The notes below the pieces were generated by a model that saw only the letters and a program-made list of their open reading frames with translations, made no database searches and was not told the origin of the DNA. This document shows, piece after piece, positions 21,933 through 35,070 of a stretch of 64,000 nt of DNA (position 1 is its first letter; each line of letters opens with the position of its first letter). The position numbers were made by a program, and so were the translations under genes. The stretch is from Botryllus schlosseri (Eukaryota): the NCBI GenBank assembly GCA_051294905.1, contig CM119372.1, positions 8,000,001-8,064,000 on the forward strand, written 5' to 3'.

Positions 21933-23686
21933 CAGTGGTTCTTAACCTTTTTTCCTCCAGCGCCCCCTTTCAAAAATTATCGTGCTCCAGCGCCCCCCAA
22001 CCTCATATTGTAAGGAATATAATAAAGACAATGAGTAAGACGGAGGGCCGTAACAGCACTACTTCAACCACCCTAAAAACGATTGCCTTGCGCACCCATA
22101 GCGTGATAAACCAAACTTCACAGGGGTTCGCCCCCAAGAACCCCGTAGCGTGATTTCGATGGTTAACAAAGTTTGTATGGCCTGGTCGCCCTATGTACCA
22201 AAATTTTCTATAATGCATGAATGAATAGGTGGTAATTAGTAATTACATATATAAGTCGCTATAAACTTTTTATCCTCTCAGCCCACGTAATCAGATTTAC
22301 CAGTGACGCTGAGTGAGCTGTTGTATGGGAAAATAAAGGGCACGTAATTATTAATTGAACATCTTCGGACGTGCCGGTAGGTAGCCTACAATTAATTCGT
22401 TACCAGGGCCGTAACAGCACTTCGTCAGCCCCCCCCCAAAAAAAAATAACGTTGGTCTTGGGCCCCCATCGGGTGATAAACAAAACTTCCGGGGGGCTTC
22501 GCCTCCTGCACTCCCTTTCGGCTATCCGCTATTTGCTGATACTAGTCATCTACATTGGGTGTCCATTTACTGAGGCAGCTGTTCTCGCCTAGACGCGCGA
22601 AGGGCGAAAAATTTCACTAATTAATGATTGAATTGGTCAATATGATCGGGAATCGCATGTATATTGAGATAAATTTTTATCCTCTCTCTGCTCACGTAAA
22701 CAGATTTACCGGTAGAACTGAGTGATGTGTGATTGAAAAGGTAGAACCCCTCAATAATAATTATACATCTTCGGGCGTATACGCGTTGGCAGGAACGAAA
22801 CGGCACTTCGTCAGGCCCTCCGTAAAAACTTGGGTCTTGAGCTCCCATAGGATGATAAACCGACCGCCCCCCATTACGTTGTTCGCTTTGGCCACGGAAT
22901 CAGCTGTACTGTTTAGCGAGCCAGTGCGAAGCGCGAAAACTATCGACAATTCATGATACAATCGGTAAGTAAGATCGGCAATTGCATATATATTGCTATC
23001 AATTTCTTGTCCTCTCTGCTCACGTTACCAGATTTACCGATAGAGCTGAGTGAGGTGCAATGTTCCCTCTAAGCTTCGCACGTGCGCAGTGCTGACACGG
23101 TCTCTGCGCACGGAAAATCTACGTTGCGCACAACAAATCGGAAGTTATGACCTTTTTTTGGTCGTTACGCACTGTTGTCCAAGGGTCAGCGCAGTGAGTT
23201 GTTGAGTGTGCGCAGGCCGCAGACTCATCAAAATCAAAAAATATCGAATCGCCCAACAGGAATATATAGTTTTAGATATCCCTGTCGCCCAATCGTACTA
23301 AACTAAAAGACGCACACGATTTCAAATTGGTATTTTTTCACTGGCGTATAATTTCCCCTGTCAGATGGAATTCGTCTTCTGGGGTTCAGATTGCCAAGAC
23401 AGGAACATTCGGTGCCAGCCATTTAGGCGCCAATAGTCAATTAAACCTATCTATATGTCTTTTGTAGGCTATATATAACGAAGTTTTCGGTGTTAATTTG
23501 CTCTGAATACTCATTAAGGATATGTCCTACCACAACATCATCTACTGCGAAGCCATTTTTCTCCAGCGCCCCCCATACCGCCCTCCTGAGCCCAGCGCCC
23601 CCCATATCGCCCCCTGAGCGTTTCCGCCCCCTTCAAAATCGCCAGCGCCCCTTGGGGGGCGCTAGAGGCAAGGTTAAGAACCACTG
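21933..23686. mobile_element. hAT (Charlie/Buster-like) non-autonomous element with nested fragments
   Basis: CAGTGGTTCTTAACC...GGTTAAGAACCACTG TIRs, CCAGCGCCCC subterminal repeats, approximate TSD GTTAGAAT/GGTTAGAT. Confidence 0.75.
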
Positions 23687-24273
23687 GGTTAGATTAATAA
23701 CGGATACATATCATGAAGCCATTCGGTTGAGCCACCCTATAATATCGGAGATACAATCACTAGTCCTACTCTAATACTCAGTACTGCATACTGTTTATGC
23801 ACTATAGATGTACATGTACAATGTACATGTACAAGTAGCCTACATTGTACACTTGTAGTAGGCCTACAGGCTTTTAGACTATCCCCTAACGCTGAAGCAA
23901 ACTTTGTTGGAAGAAAATTTGAATTTTGCATTTGAGGTAGACAGGACATCATTCACAAATCAATGTAAAGAAACAGTACATAACATGCGTAGCGGTATTT
24001 ATTATTTATTTTGCGAAAATGTTGCAACCACGTAAAATTTTCACGCAGCTCCGTTGCGATTTTGAAAACTGCTCTCGTTTATATATATAGTGACTATGCA
24101 ACACGGTCCCGTATTGTCGTATACAGAAATATTGTAAGTTACGGAGCTGGGATCACGGTGTGCAATGTGCATGGATAACCCTTTGACACAGATGGAGATT
24201 ACTGTTGCATTTAAAACAAATCGTATTTGAACTACGTCTGTTCAACCGACTGAGCGCCGACGTCGATTTATTG

Positions 24274-25415
24274 CAGGGGTGGGCAAACTATTGAGCTCGC
24301 GGGCCGCATTCAACATCTGAATCTATTCGCGGGCCGCACTATATAAAATTGGGATTATAAACCAAAACGCAATATTGGTATTTGATTATATAGTGATGAC
24401 ATGGAGATAATATATATGCTTAATAAAACAAAACAAACATTGTTCGACACGCGTCAGAAACAGTGACGAGATTTCATAGGCTGGTCGACCTATTAATAAT
24501 CAATTTGTCAAAACTATAGAGATGAAAGTCGGTTGTTCCGATTCTTAGAACAGGATTGAAATTTAAATCTGTGAGAAGCGATCTGTTCATAGATTTACTA
24601 ATTCCACTTATTGTCCAGTTCCAGGACACACAATGCTGATAGCACCATAAACATGTTAGCTTTCAAGCACGCTGCTACTATGTGTAGATAAAATATAAAT
24701 ACCCAATTCTACGCATCAGAGAACGAATCTACCTAAGACACGCGCGAATCGTTTTTTATAAGTCCATCACTGAAATGAGTAAAACTGGAGTGGCCAATCT
24801 GAAATCACACTCGTGATCAGAATTATGTCAATCTCGTTTAGGATATCTGTGATGCTTAGCAGTTGAAACCTTTCAAACTGCGTGGGCCTTGAGATCGGGC
24901 TCTCGCGCCAGAAATTAAACATAAAAAATATTATAGGAAGTATTTACCTTAGAACAGTGATTCTCAAACTTCTTAAGATACGCCCCCCCCCCCCTTATGA
25001 TGGTGAACTATTTCGCGTCCCCCTTATCGTCATATCACTAAACGCAGCCAGGATGCTAGCCAACCTAACGAGTAGTTTGATGGCATGGAAGGCTACGACT
25101 GTGGATGAGAGATTTTTAAATACGAAATTCAGACTTAAATACAGAGCATATAATTATGAATGACATGTAAATTGCGCGAAGCGCGAAATATTTTTTCAGT
25201 TGAGTTCAGCTTCTAGCCCCTTCCAGATGCTTTCACGCCTCCAGTTTGAGAATCACTGCCTTAAATCATGGTGAAATATACTACGAAAAAGTTTAATCAA
25301 GTCCCTGCATTAATTCGATGTATAGTACGCGTTTTATCAATATTTTCAATAAGTTTCTTTACACGCTCGCGGGCCGCACAAAATGGTGTTGCGGGCCGTA
25401 GTTTGCCCACCCCTG
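24274..25415. mobile_element. hAT MITE with a nested hAT MITE at 24955-25258
   Basis: CAGGGGTGGGCAAACTA...TAGTTTGCCCACCCCTG with perfect TSD ATTTATTG. The inner element CAGTGATTCTCAAACT...GTTTGAGAATCACTG has TSD CCTTAGAA/CCTTAAAT. Confidence 0.85.
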
Positions 25416-26004
25416 ATTTATTGAATTGATACCACACTATACCGCCCACTGGCGTGGTTTTATACGACTAACGAAACGAGTTGAAAAGCTATGCCTGGGA
25501 TTGCTAAAGTTTGAGTCGCGACGGGGCCAGAGTGATCTTTTATTATGTATGTCGTATTTGTTGAATTTCTTTCAACGAAAAAAATTATTCGCGCCTCGCG
25601 CGATTACTTATGGATACTGGATAGTTTGTACGCGTTTGAGGCCACTGTGTTGGGTAGCCTACTATAGCCAATCGATCTATGTATTAAACAAATTGGTATG
25701 AATTCGTGATAACATCTGGAAAACACCGTCGGATACCGTTGGCCAAACCGTCGGATACCCTTGGCCAAAATGGCCGTCGCTGTTTGGCCAAACCCTTGGA
25801 TATTAATATGGGCGGTCGCCGAAATGGTCGGCACCGGCACTACGGAAATTCACGACGATCCTCTGCAGTTTCGGTATCGTGGTATTTCGCTTGTCCAATT
25901 GTCGGAACTGGCTTAATGTCGATACTTCCAGATGCGAATCAAGTGGGGCCACGTGAAAAGGGGGTAGTGTCGCATTATAGAGGATCCACACAAGCTCGCA
26001 ATCG

Positions 26005-29000
26005 CGTCTTTCATAATGTCAAAGATTGTGAAGAGTTATGGCTGGAAGTTGATCACCCAATTGGAATTCACAAATCTTTTCTTGTGGCCGTATTGTACCG
26101 TCATCCCACGAAAAACATGAACCAATTCGCAAAAGCGTTGGAGCACTCACTGGACAAAGTCAACAGCGACAAAAAGATGTGTTTCATTGCGGGAGATATT
26201 AACATAAACTTTCTAAAACACAAAGGCAACGCATACTCCAACGCCGTCAAATCCGCCGGTCTCTACCAAATGATCACCGAGCCTACACGCATAACCGATA
26301 AGTCAAGGACTTTGATCGACCACATATATACCAACTCGCGCGACATGGAAATCATTCCATTTGTCATTTCGGCAAAAATCAGTGACCACAACCATATTGG
26401 TTTTCTATCACAAGAACAACAAAGGACACCCCCCGAAACATATCACCTCTGCAGACGACGAGAGTTAGTGGACGAAGAAGCGCTCGATGATGCCGCATTC
26501 AATCAATTTAAAACATCAGCCATCCCCCACATCTCGATAAACAACTTTGACGAAAAATTTGTAGAGTTTATGTCTGCTATCAAATCACTGCTGGAACAAT
26601 TTGCACCTCTACAGTGCCTTTCGAGAAGTCAAAGAAAATTGATGCGAAATCCGTGGATGACCACAAAGCTGATTCAACTTATCCGTAAACGTAACCGGTG
26701 GCATAACCGAATAGACACGAAGAACTGCCCAGAACATGAACGAGAAAGATTTCGACGTTTTAGGAATCGCACCGTGCATCTCATTTACAAAGCAAAAGCA
26801 AAGTACAATGAGAGATTTTTCAACAGAAACAAAAAGGACACTCAAAAAACATGGTCAGGACTTAACTCTCTCCTACATCGGAAAAAAGGCCATAAATCTG
26901 TTTCGGAAATTGTGAATTCGGATACCGGAAACAAACTTTCAGACCCGGCGGCCATCGCGAATCACTTCAATGAATATTTTTGTAACGTAGGCCCTAATAT
27001 TGCTTCTTCTATTACAAAACCTGTGTCGGCCAGGTCAGAGGTGAGATCGATATCCCAGTCGATTGGGCTTGAACCTACGACCAAATACGAAGTAGAAGTA
27101 GCCATCCACAAACTGAAATCGCACAAGGCCGTCGGCTATGACCAAATCCCATCATGGTTTTTAAAAATGATAAGCCTGCATATCGGTCAATATATGGCCC
27201 ATTTTTTCAACTTCATGATCGAAGATGGAGTCTACCCAAGCTATCTAAAAAAAAGCCAGAGTAGTCCCGGTACACAAAGCTGGGGATAGAACTAATGTCA
27301 CCAACTACCGTCCGATATCCGTTCTCCCATGCATCGGGGTTGTATTCGAAAAGTTGCTACTCTCCCGCCTGTCCTCATTCCTCACCAAAATGTCTATCAT
27401 TTCCCCTCAACAATTTGGCTTCCGAAACAAACACCAAACCGCACATGCCCTCCTAACAGAGGCCGAGCAGTATTATGATATCTCAGAGAAGCGAAATGTG
27501 GGATGTATCATTTTTCTCGATCTAAAAAAAGCGTTTGACTGCGTGGATCATAAAATTCTCATCTCGAAATTGGCGCGTTACGGACTTCGGGGCCCACAAC
27601 TTGAGCTCATGAAAAGTTTCCTCACTGGACGCCAACAAATGGTTGCGATCTCAAACACCTTGCCCTCTCCTCACCTGGTGACCTGTGGTGTGCCCCAAGG
27701 CTCAGTACTTGGACCGGTCCTCTTCACCTTACATGTCAACGACATTTTTGAAACCTCCTCATTGAACACCACACTGTTCGCTGATGATACTCAGCTCCTC
27801 TCTTCCGCATCTTCTACGGCAGAGCTGGATGCCTTGACTGGTGACCAAATGCCTAAAGTCCATGAGTGGACGGCCCAGAATAACCTTTGCATAAACGCCT
27901 CGATAACCCAATTGCTGACAGTAAATTCAAAAAATAACCTAACCGTTAATATCGCTGGTCAGCCCGTTTCCAACACAGATAATGCCAAATACCTCGGGGT
28001 TTTACTGGACTCGAACATGTCCTGGAAGAGTCATATTCAGTCCCTAGAAACTAAATTATCACCGAAGTGCGGCCTGTTCTACAGCCTTGGGCGCTTCATG
28101 CCAGCATGGGTTCTTCTGATACTCTTTAAATCCTTAATCCAATCGAATGGCATCCTCTGTTGGGGGGCTGCCAGTAAAACTGCACTCAAGCCACTGCAGA
28201 AACTACAGCATAAAGTACTCCAAATCATAGCTAGGGCCCCAAGGGGGCCTGGCTGCCCATCCAATAAGTCGCTGCTGAAGAGATTCGGCGTCCTAAACAT
28301 AGAAGATATGCGGAAACTAGAAATCGCCAAGTTTATGTATCAGTCTCACTGCGGTCGTTGCCCCGAATACTTCAATGACTTCTTTACCTCATCATCATTG
28401 GTTTATTAGCAATTTTATTAGTTCAATACACCACAAAAAATGCGATACAATGAAAAGACAGGAAGATGTCGAAGCGACAAGGAGTAGTCTATGGAATCTG
28501 ACACCCACCTTGGCCTAGGCGATGTAAAGAGGAGGCATGCATACTGAATGAAAGTAAAGAAGATAGTATAGAAAAAGAAGCGACAAGAAATAGGGCGGCA
28601 TGTCATGGGAAGCGAGATCGATAGGTCAGTCGTGGTACCTCTGAATCAAAAGCGCACAGGTACAACACACGCGCATCCACGTCGTCCAAATATCATATGA
28701 TCGACCGAAAAGATCATCGCTCATCAAATATGCCGGACCTGATGTGTGGAACAGTATCCCGCCGGCCATCCGGCTGTCGACGAGCATGTCCACATTCAAG
28801 TCGAAATACAAGCAATTACTACTAAATAAATACATTCCATCCTCAAGATTACCGGACCACGACTGACCTATCGATCTCGCTTCCCATGACATGCCGCCCT
28901 ATTTCTTGTCGCTTCGTTTTTCTATACTATCTTCTTTACTTTCATTCAGTGTGCATGCATGCCTTTACATCGCCTAGGCCAAGGTGGGTGTCCGATTCCA

Positions 29001-29105
29001 TAGACAACTCCTAGTCGCTTCGACATCTTCCTTTCTTTTCATTGTATCGCATTTTTTGTGGTGAATTGAACTGATAAAATTGCTAATAAACCAATGATGA
29101 TGAAT
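26005..29105 (+). mobile_element. 5'-truncated non-LTR retrotransposon (CR1/L2/Crack-like) with a disrupted ORF2
   Basis: APE-endonuclease C-terminal motifs (VLYRHP, IAGDININF, EPTRIT..SRTLIDHIYTN, ISDH) and RT motifs (NYRPISVLP, QFGFR, FLDLKKAFDCVDH, GVPQGSVLGP, LFADDT, KYLGVLLD). There is a +1 frameshift in an A8 run near 27247-27254. The C-terminus HRYNTR...KYAGPDVWNSIP...FKSKYKQLLL follows an insertion, and the 3' UTR ends in AATAAA plus a (TGA)n tail near 29085-29105. The start of the tracked ORF (25706-26000) is unrelated flanking DNA. Confidence 0.92.
28391..28635 (-). mobile_element. Antisense 245-bp copy of the same LINE family's 3' end inserted in the RT C-terminus
   Basis: Reverse complement of ~28857-29101. 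It is flanked by TACCTC direct repeats (28385-28390 and 28636-28641), and removing it restores the frame FFTSESKAHRYNTR. Confidence 0.9.
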
Positions 29106-30993
29106 GTAAACGTTAATGTTACTACGCAATCCCATCGACGCAGGTGCGGAAATTCATAGGTTACGTGAAAAAATGCTGTGCATCCAATTTGGCTCCATTC
29201 AAGACAGTAGAGGTGAATAGATTTGATATTTCAACTCTCCGGCGGGTATTTCGGGAGCTGGGCGGAAAGTTGACCTATTTTTATAGTCAACCACCTGACA
29301 ATGTGGAGGAAAAAACGGTATTTTGGACGCTGTGCGGGAAAATGACCTTTTTTTGCCAACCGACCACAAAGAGGGAAAAATTTACCGTTTTTTGAGAATT
29401 CCTCTCCGGTTTTGCTAGTCTGAAAAAGTGTCCTCTTTTCAGATTTCCAAAATATGGTAATCCTACGGCACTGTAAGCTATGCCTTCTTATGCGATTGGT
29501 GAGTTAATGTAGATGCATATTGCATAAGCATCAAATTTTTCTACTAACGTACTCTCTGCACTGAAATCGGCAACCACGAAGAGGGAATATACTATTAAGC
29601 ATATTATCCGAAGTGGTGGTCAATATCTAATCTGGATGTATCTGCTGTCGCGCTAATGCAGATTTCACGAACTCAGAACGAAGTTCGTGACTGGTTTCTT
29701 AACAATGCCACCTGATATTCGCATTGCAGCACTATTTTCGACTTTCGGTGTCTCACATCATCCTACAGACGTTTGTATATGTAATGAGCTCGGGTCATCC
29801 AACGATAGGATGTTCGTGGAATTTCATGTCATTATTTCGCCGAAAATCAGTGCAGTTATACACACACAAAACCAAAGCACGAGACTTTGCAGCAATGATG
29901 TGTAAGATACATGGTGACGCAGTAGTAAACCAACATGTCGTCACAAAGGTGAAACAGTACGAGTCCATTTGATGCGACAATAATGCTGTTTAACCTTCTC
30001 CGCCTGTGACTCTGGATTCACTTCCTCAGTTCCTTTGATGGTATTCTGAGTCATGGTCATGGTCACATTGGTCACTAGCTCACTTCCGAGTTATCATCAC
30101 AATATATGAGCACCAGCAACTTAACTCATGAAATCAGTACCAGTACAGTACTGTGTAGTCCATTAACGCCTTGCGACCTATATATTTCAAGCTTAGCCAC
30201 AGCCGATCCAATCCCAGAGGTCTGATTCTATGTCATATAAAGACATCAACCCAACTTCTTTAACAACTAGATCTGTAAGCTGCAACATGGCCCCAAGTAC
30301 GATACGACACAGACAACAGTTCAGTAAAGAATTCTAATCGGAAATTTTAATTGGATAAACATCAACTCATAGACAAAACTCGAAGGACTTTTCATCCTGC
30401 GAAGCAAAATATTCGATCACAGTTGAGCAAATAACGCACTATGCAAGATCACATACTTTTGTATTCTCCAATTGGTTTACCATCTTGCCAGTACTTGGTG
30501 ACGACCGATTTCAAGGCACGGGACTGCGCATCTCCTTGAAATTCCGGCTTCAGTGCTTGTCGGACCACTCGAGCACAGATAGAGGAAAATCGAATGTATC
30601 TATTCAAAATATTAAATAGTTGAGCTCAAAATTGTACATGGTACTTCTGTACAATTGTGCTGAAAATATGACAAATCTTCATGAGTATTGATGTCAATAT
30701 GAACACAATTGTGGTGATTACCGTAGTATTCACTATTCAGTAGGGTTGGAGCGAACCCCTGAAAGGTTCAGGTTCGTGTGAACACAAACATATAAATCGT
30801 TCGCTGTGAATACGAACACAATCCTGCGATGACACATTGCAAATAACAAACACTTCATCTCCACATGATATAAATGCAATACTTTTTAGGGACTGAATAA
30901 CCTTCTACTATGCAATAATATCAGCTTCATTGTGTATGAGGAGCTAACAAGAACTCAATCAAATCTAGAGACGATGCTTAACCATGAATTACT

Positions 30994-31776
30994 GGTGACC
31001 AGTGAACTCGACCCATGGCAAATTCGGCCCATTGAAGTCGGCCTTCGGTGAGCTCGGCCCATGGTGAACTCGGCCCATGGTGACTTTGAATATTAGGGTT
31101 GGGGAAGAGGGGTATTAGGGTTGAGGAGTAGGGATATTAGGGTTGGAGGGGGATTAGGGTTGGGTTAGGGTTCGGATAGGGGTTAGAGTATCCCAAGATT
31201 AGGGTTATAGGGTTAGGGGATATATTAGGGTTGGAGGTGTGGGACATTCGGGTTGGGGGAGGGTTAGGATTGGAGGGGGATATTAGGGTTGGGGAAGAGG
31301 GATATTAGGGTTAGAGGTGGGGGATATTAGCGTTAGGAGAGCGGGGGATGTTCGGGTCGAATATTTATTAGGGTTAAGGTTGGGGGATCCCTAATCTTTG
31401 AGATATACCGCTTTCACCAATGAGGTTTTTCCGTTTAGAGTCTGATCCTTGAGGTTCTGCAGTCTGCACTCTTCATCAACATTACACAGCTCCATATGCC
31501 TAATAAAAAGTTTTACATGTTCAACATACGATACCGCCCCCAGTGGGAATAAAATCCATACGACATGTCCACCACCACCAATTCAGTCAATTCACTATTA
31601 ATAATTATTAATTAATAGAATTCCCTACGTTTATAATAATTTTTATCAACAAATTCACCATAGGCCGAGTTCACCGAAGGCCGAGTTCACCATAGGCCGA
31701 GTTTGTCATGGGCCGAGTTCGTCATGGGCCGAGTTCAATGGGCCGAATTCGTCATGGGCCGAGTTCACTGGTAATC
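30994..31776. mobile_element. Foldback-type element with 15-bp tandem-repeat inverted arms and an internal TTAGGG-like tract
   Basis: Left arm (GGTGAACTCGGCCCAT-like)n at 30994-31088 and right arm (ATGGGCCGAGTTCACC-like)n at 31650-31776. Perfect 8-bp TSD GAATTACT (30986-30993 / 31777-31784). Degenerate TTAGGGTT repeats at ~31092-31385. Confidence 0.8.
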
Positions 31777-33037
31777 GAATTACTACTTATATCCGAACAC
31801 GAACTAAAAGAGAACATTCACCCAATCTGTAATCATCATTTTTCATCAATTCAAGATACAGTATCAATTACAGTACAGCTAGTTATCAGAGAGCAATAAA
31901 TTGCGCTAAAAAAGGGTTTCTTGCGTATAATAATTCAGAAATTAAACCAATTCCACTTTGCCACAGCAGCCAAAAGAAAGGAATGACTCGGTGAAGTCAT
32001 TCAATCAAACTGCCACCTTGACCTTCAACTCTAGTAGAAGAGCAAATTTACTTGATAAAAAGGTATATGTACAGTTGTACACTCAATAAGATTACCACAG
32101 AATTATCAAATAAGGGGCACGCTATGAAATGGCATTTTAGAGCACTGATACAGGCGAGGCGATTTCAGTGTTTGTGTCGTCATTAATTTGCATCAAATTC
32201 TGAATCGTGCCCTTGTAACATTACATCAAATATCAAGTTACATCCTATCAATATTTGCAATACAAATACTTACGTCATCCCAGCTTGTCTCCAAGGAGCC
32301 ACCATCTTCAAGTCTTTATCTACCGGACAGTTCAGAGCAAAACAGTCAACGGAGAAGCCACATTCATTCACTCGTCCTACCCTTCGACCTCGATCATGAA
32401 ATCGTTGTAACGATGAGAGCTCAGTGTGTGAGATGCAGAGATCATTGAGCTATATCGTTCAGCGCCAGGAGAAATAATGGAAACGCATATACATTGCGTT
32501 GACAAAGAAGTCGTTCGTATTGAAAAAAAATGAAGAGACAAAACAGCATTTATATCGTAGAAAAGTCTTCTATGGGTATAATGCAGATAGGGTTACCATA
32601 TTTTGAGATCCGAAAAAGAGGACACTTTTTACAAGTTACAAAAGTTCGACAGTCGTCGAGGGGTCGAGCATGTCCACATTCAAATCGAAATACAAGCAAT
32701 TTGTTCTGAATGAATACTAGCTAGGAGATTTTGAAAAAGCTCAAAAAGGAGGACAAATCCTCCTAAAGGAGGAGGAGGACGTTGTTTATTTTTGTCATTG
32801 ATGTTTTTGCGGTATATACAACGACTCATGATATACATACACAGTACACACGATATGTACATATGCATACCATGAGTGCATAATGTGCATATGCCGCTGA
32901 ACAAGGAAGGTGCAGATACAGCCTTGTAGTCCTTCCTAAGTCTTGCACCACCCCTCCATAGTATCCCAGAAATATATGAGCGCCAAGCGGGGATGACATG
33001 GATACCAGTGTTACTAATCAGGTCTATCCACTGAGCT

Positions 33038-33128
<91 letters not shown>
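33038..33128. repeat. (ATCA)n microsatellite, ~22 units; tail of an antisense LINE 3' fragment
   Basis: Directly abuts GGTTTATT (AATAAACC on the minus strand) and sequence homologous to the LINE 3' UTR. Confidence 0.95.
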
Positions 33129-33246
33129 CGGTTTATTCATATTTTCATCGTTTCAAAAACATCACAAGACTGCGAGACAATGAAAAGATATGAAGGTGTC
33201 GAAACAACTTGGAGATCAGACACCCACCTTAGCCTAGGGTCTAGGC

Positions 33247-35070
33247 CAGGGGTTCTTAAAGGGTGGGCCATGGCCCACTGGTGGGCCACAGAGCCTTTTG
33301 AGGTGGGCCACAGAGCTATTTAGAATTTTAGAATTGTTGTAAGTTTAGTTATATTTCTTATGTTATTCGATCGTATTATCTAATTCAGTGGTTCCCAACC
33401 TTTTTCCACCCACGTACCACTTCCAGGTTTTATGCAGTGCTGGCGTACCACCTACAGAAGTTACGCGCCCCGAAAGCGGTCAAAAATGATGTTTTAACCA
33501 TTTATGACGTCACAATCACGTATTTGACTTATGCGCGGTATAATAACAAATTCCATTAAACTAGGCATTATCAGCCAGTGCTGACGGGATGCATGAAATT
33601 GTTTTCTTTTCGCCACCAGTCACAAGAAGAACAATATAATGAAATAACAACAAAAGTAAATTTATTTAATGCGATGGCTGCATTTGTTTATTTTCCACTA
33701 GCTGGTCGACACGTGGCATACGTTTGCTCACAGCGCATCGAAAGTCATGAATGGGCGCAACACGTCGGTTTCGGTTTTTCGTCTTGATAGTCATCAGGGA
33801 TGGAAATCCTTTCTCGCACTCACACGTAGAAGGGAAAATTAGCAGCTGGGGAATAGCGTGAGAAGCTAGCGTCGAGTACGAGGAGGCCATGCTAAGCTAG
33901 AAGTTTATTGGAGAACCATCTTTGTGTTCAATCCCACCTGAGCTAATAACTCCCTTCGGTCGAAAAAAAAACAGAATCTACTCGCGTACCACCTGGAAGA
34001 CCTTCGCGTACCACTAGTGGTACGCGTACCACAGGTTGGGAACCACTGATCTAATTGTACGTAGGCTACATAAAGCTTTTCATCCGACTATGATTAGACG
34101 TAGTGGCGCGTATGAAGTCAACATTTACAAATCCAAAACGTTAGGGAGAAACGTATTCCGGCAGGGTCATATGTCGTATGCCGTTGAAAGGGGTAGGTAT
34201 GCAATGAACTTGCAATGAAGTGCAATTGATCTACAGATTTACTGTAGGCTACTTCGGCAGGCCGTATTATTGTAAGCTAAAAATTGCCATATTTGCAAAT
34301 TATTAGTAACTTCTTGTGAAGGTATACTGCACCACCGCAACGAATCCTAATGGATTGAGGATTTATCGGAACGCATTAATCTTTGAAGTCGGTTTAAAAT
34401 GTCCGGCATGGAAATCATTGTACATAATGAAAGAGTCACAGGAATTGATTGTATCATTGGATTGAATATTCTGACATCGCAACTTCAGATGTTTTGGTAC
34501 AAGACGTACAAAGTATATCATGCATATTGAAAAATCTTTCTTCACTTCCCTGTAGTACCCCATTCACCAATGAATTGTTCGATGCTGGCCCAGAATGATT
34601 ATAATATTCCCCACAATAGTATCACTGAAGTCCCAATCACACAGTGCAGGGATCTGATCATTGTGTTTCGCGACGCGAATGGAGCAGCGGACGAAAATAA
34701 TCTACTTAGGAGTTTTAGCTTATGATATAGCAGGGCCGTAACTGCCGCACCCACACCCCCAATTGGGGGAGCCGAAGGAGCCCAAGATTGTCTCGTTGGT
34801 CGTTTGTTGGAGGATATTTGGTCGTTTGTTGGAGGATATTTATTCAAGTTGAAATTTCTTTTCGCGCTTCGCGCGATTCCATATCCCGGGAGATTGAGAT
34901 TTAAATATCATCAGTTAGAGAAAAATGCGCATATTCTAGAGAAATAGGCATCTGGGCGCTGTCCATGACCACGCAATAAACAGGATTATGACTCTAAGAT
35001 ATCAGGTGGGCCACAGCACATTTTCAATCCGGAAAATGGGCCATGGCCAAGAAAGGGCTGAGAACCCCTG
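33247..35070. mobile_element. hAT MITE interrupting a LINE 3' fragment
   Basis: CAGGGGTTCT...AGAACCCCTG with perfect TSD GTCTAGGC (33239-33246 / 35071-35078). Confidence 0.85.
33386..34048 (-). mobile_element. Buster/Charlie-type hAT deletion derivative retaining the transposase C-terminal dimerization fragment
   Basis: TIR CAGTGGTTCCCAACC...GGTTGGGAACCACTG with perfect TSD ATCTAATT. ORF 33666-33890 reads LLIFPSTCECEKGFPSLMTIKTKNRNR...DFRCAVS..PRVDQLVENKQMQPSH, typical of hATC/ZBED5/FAM200-like ends. Confidence 0.9.

Noticed and set aside
25706..26000. N-terminal extension or ORF1 of the LINE
   Set aside because: No endonuclease N-terminal motifs; it consists of short tandem repeats from unrelated DNA that is open by chance.
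31092..31385. Chromosome telomere or fusion site
   Set aside because: The repeats are degenerate, on one strand only, and enclosed in a TSD-flanked element.
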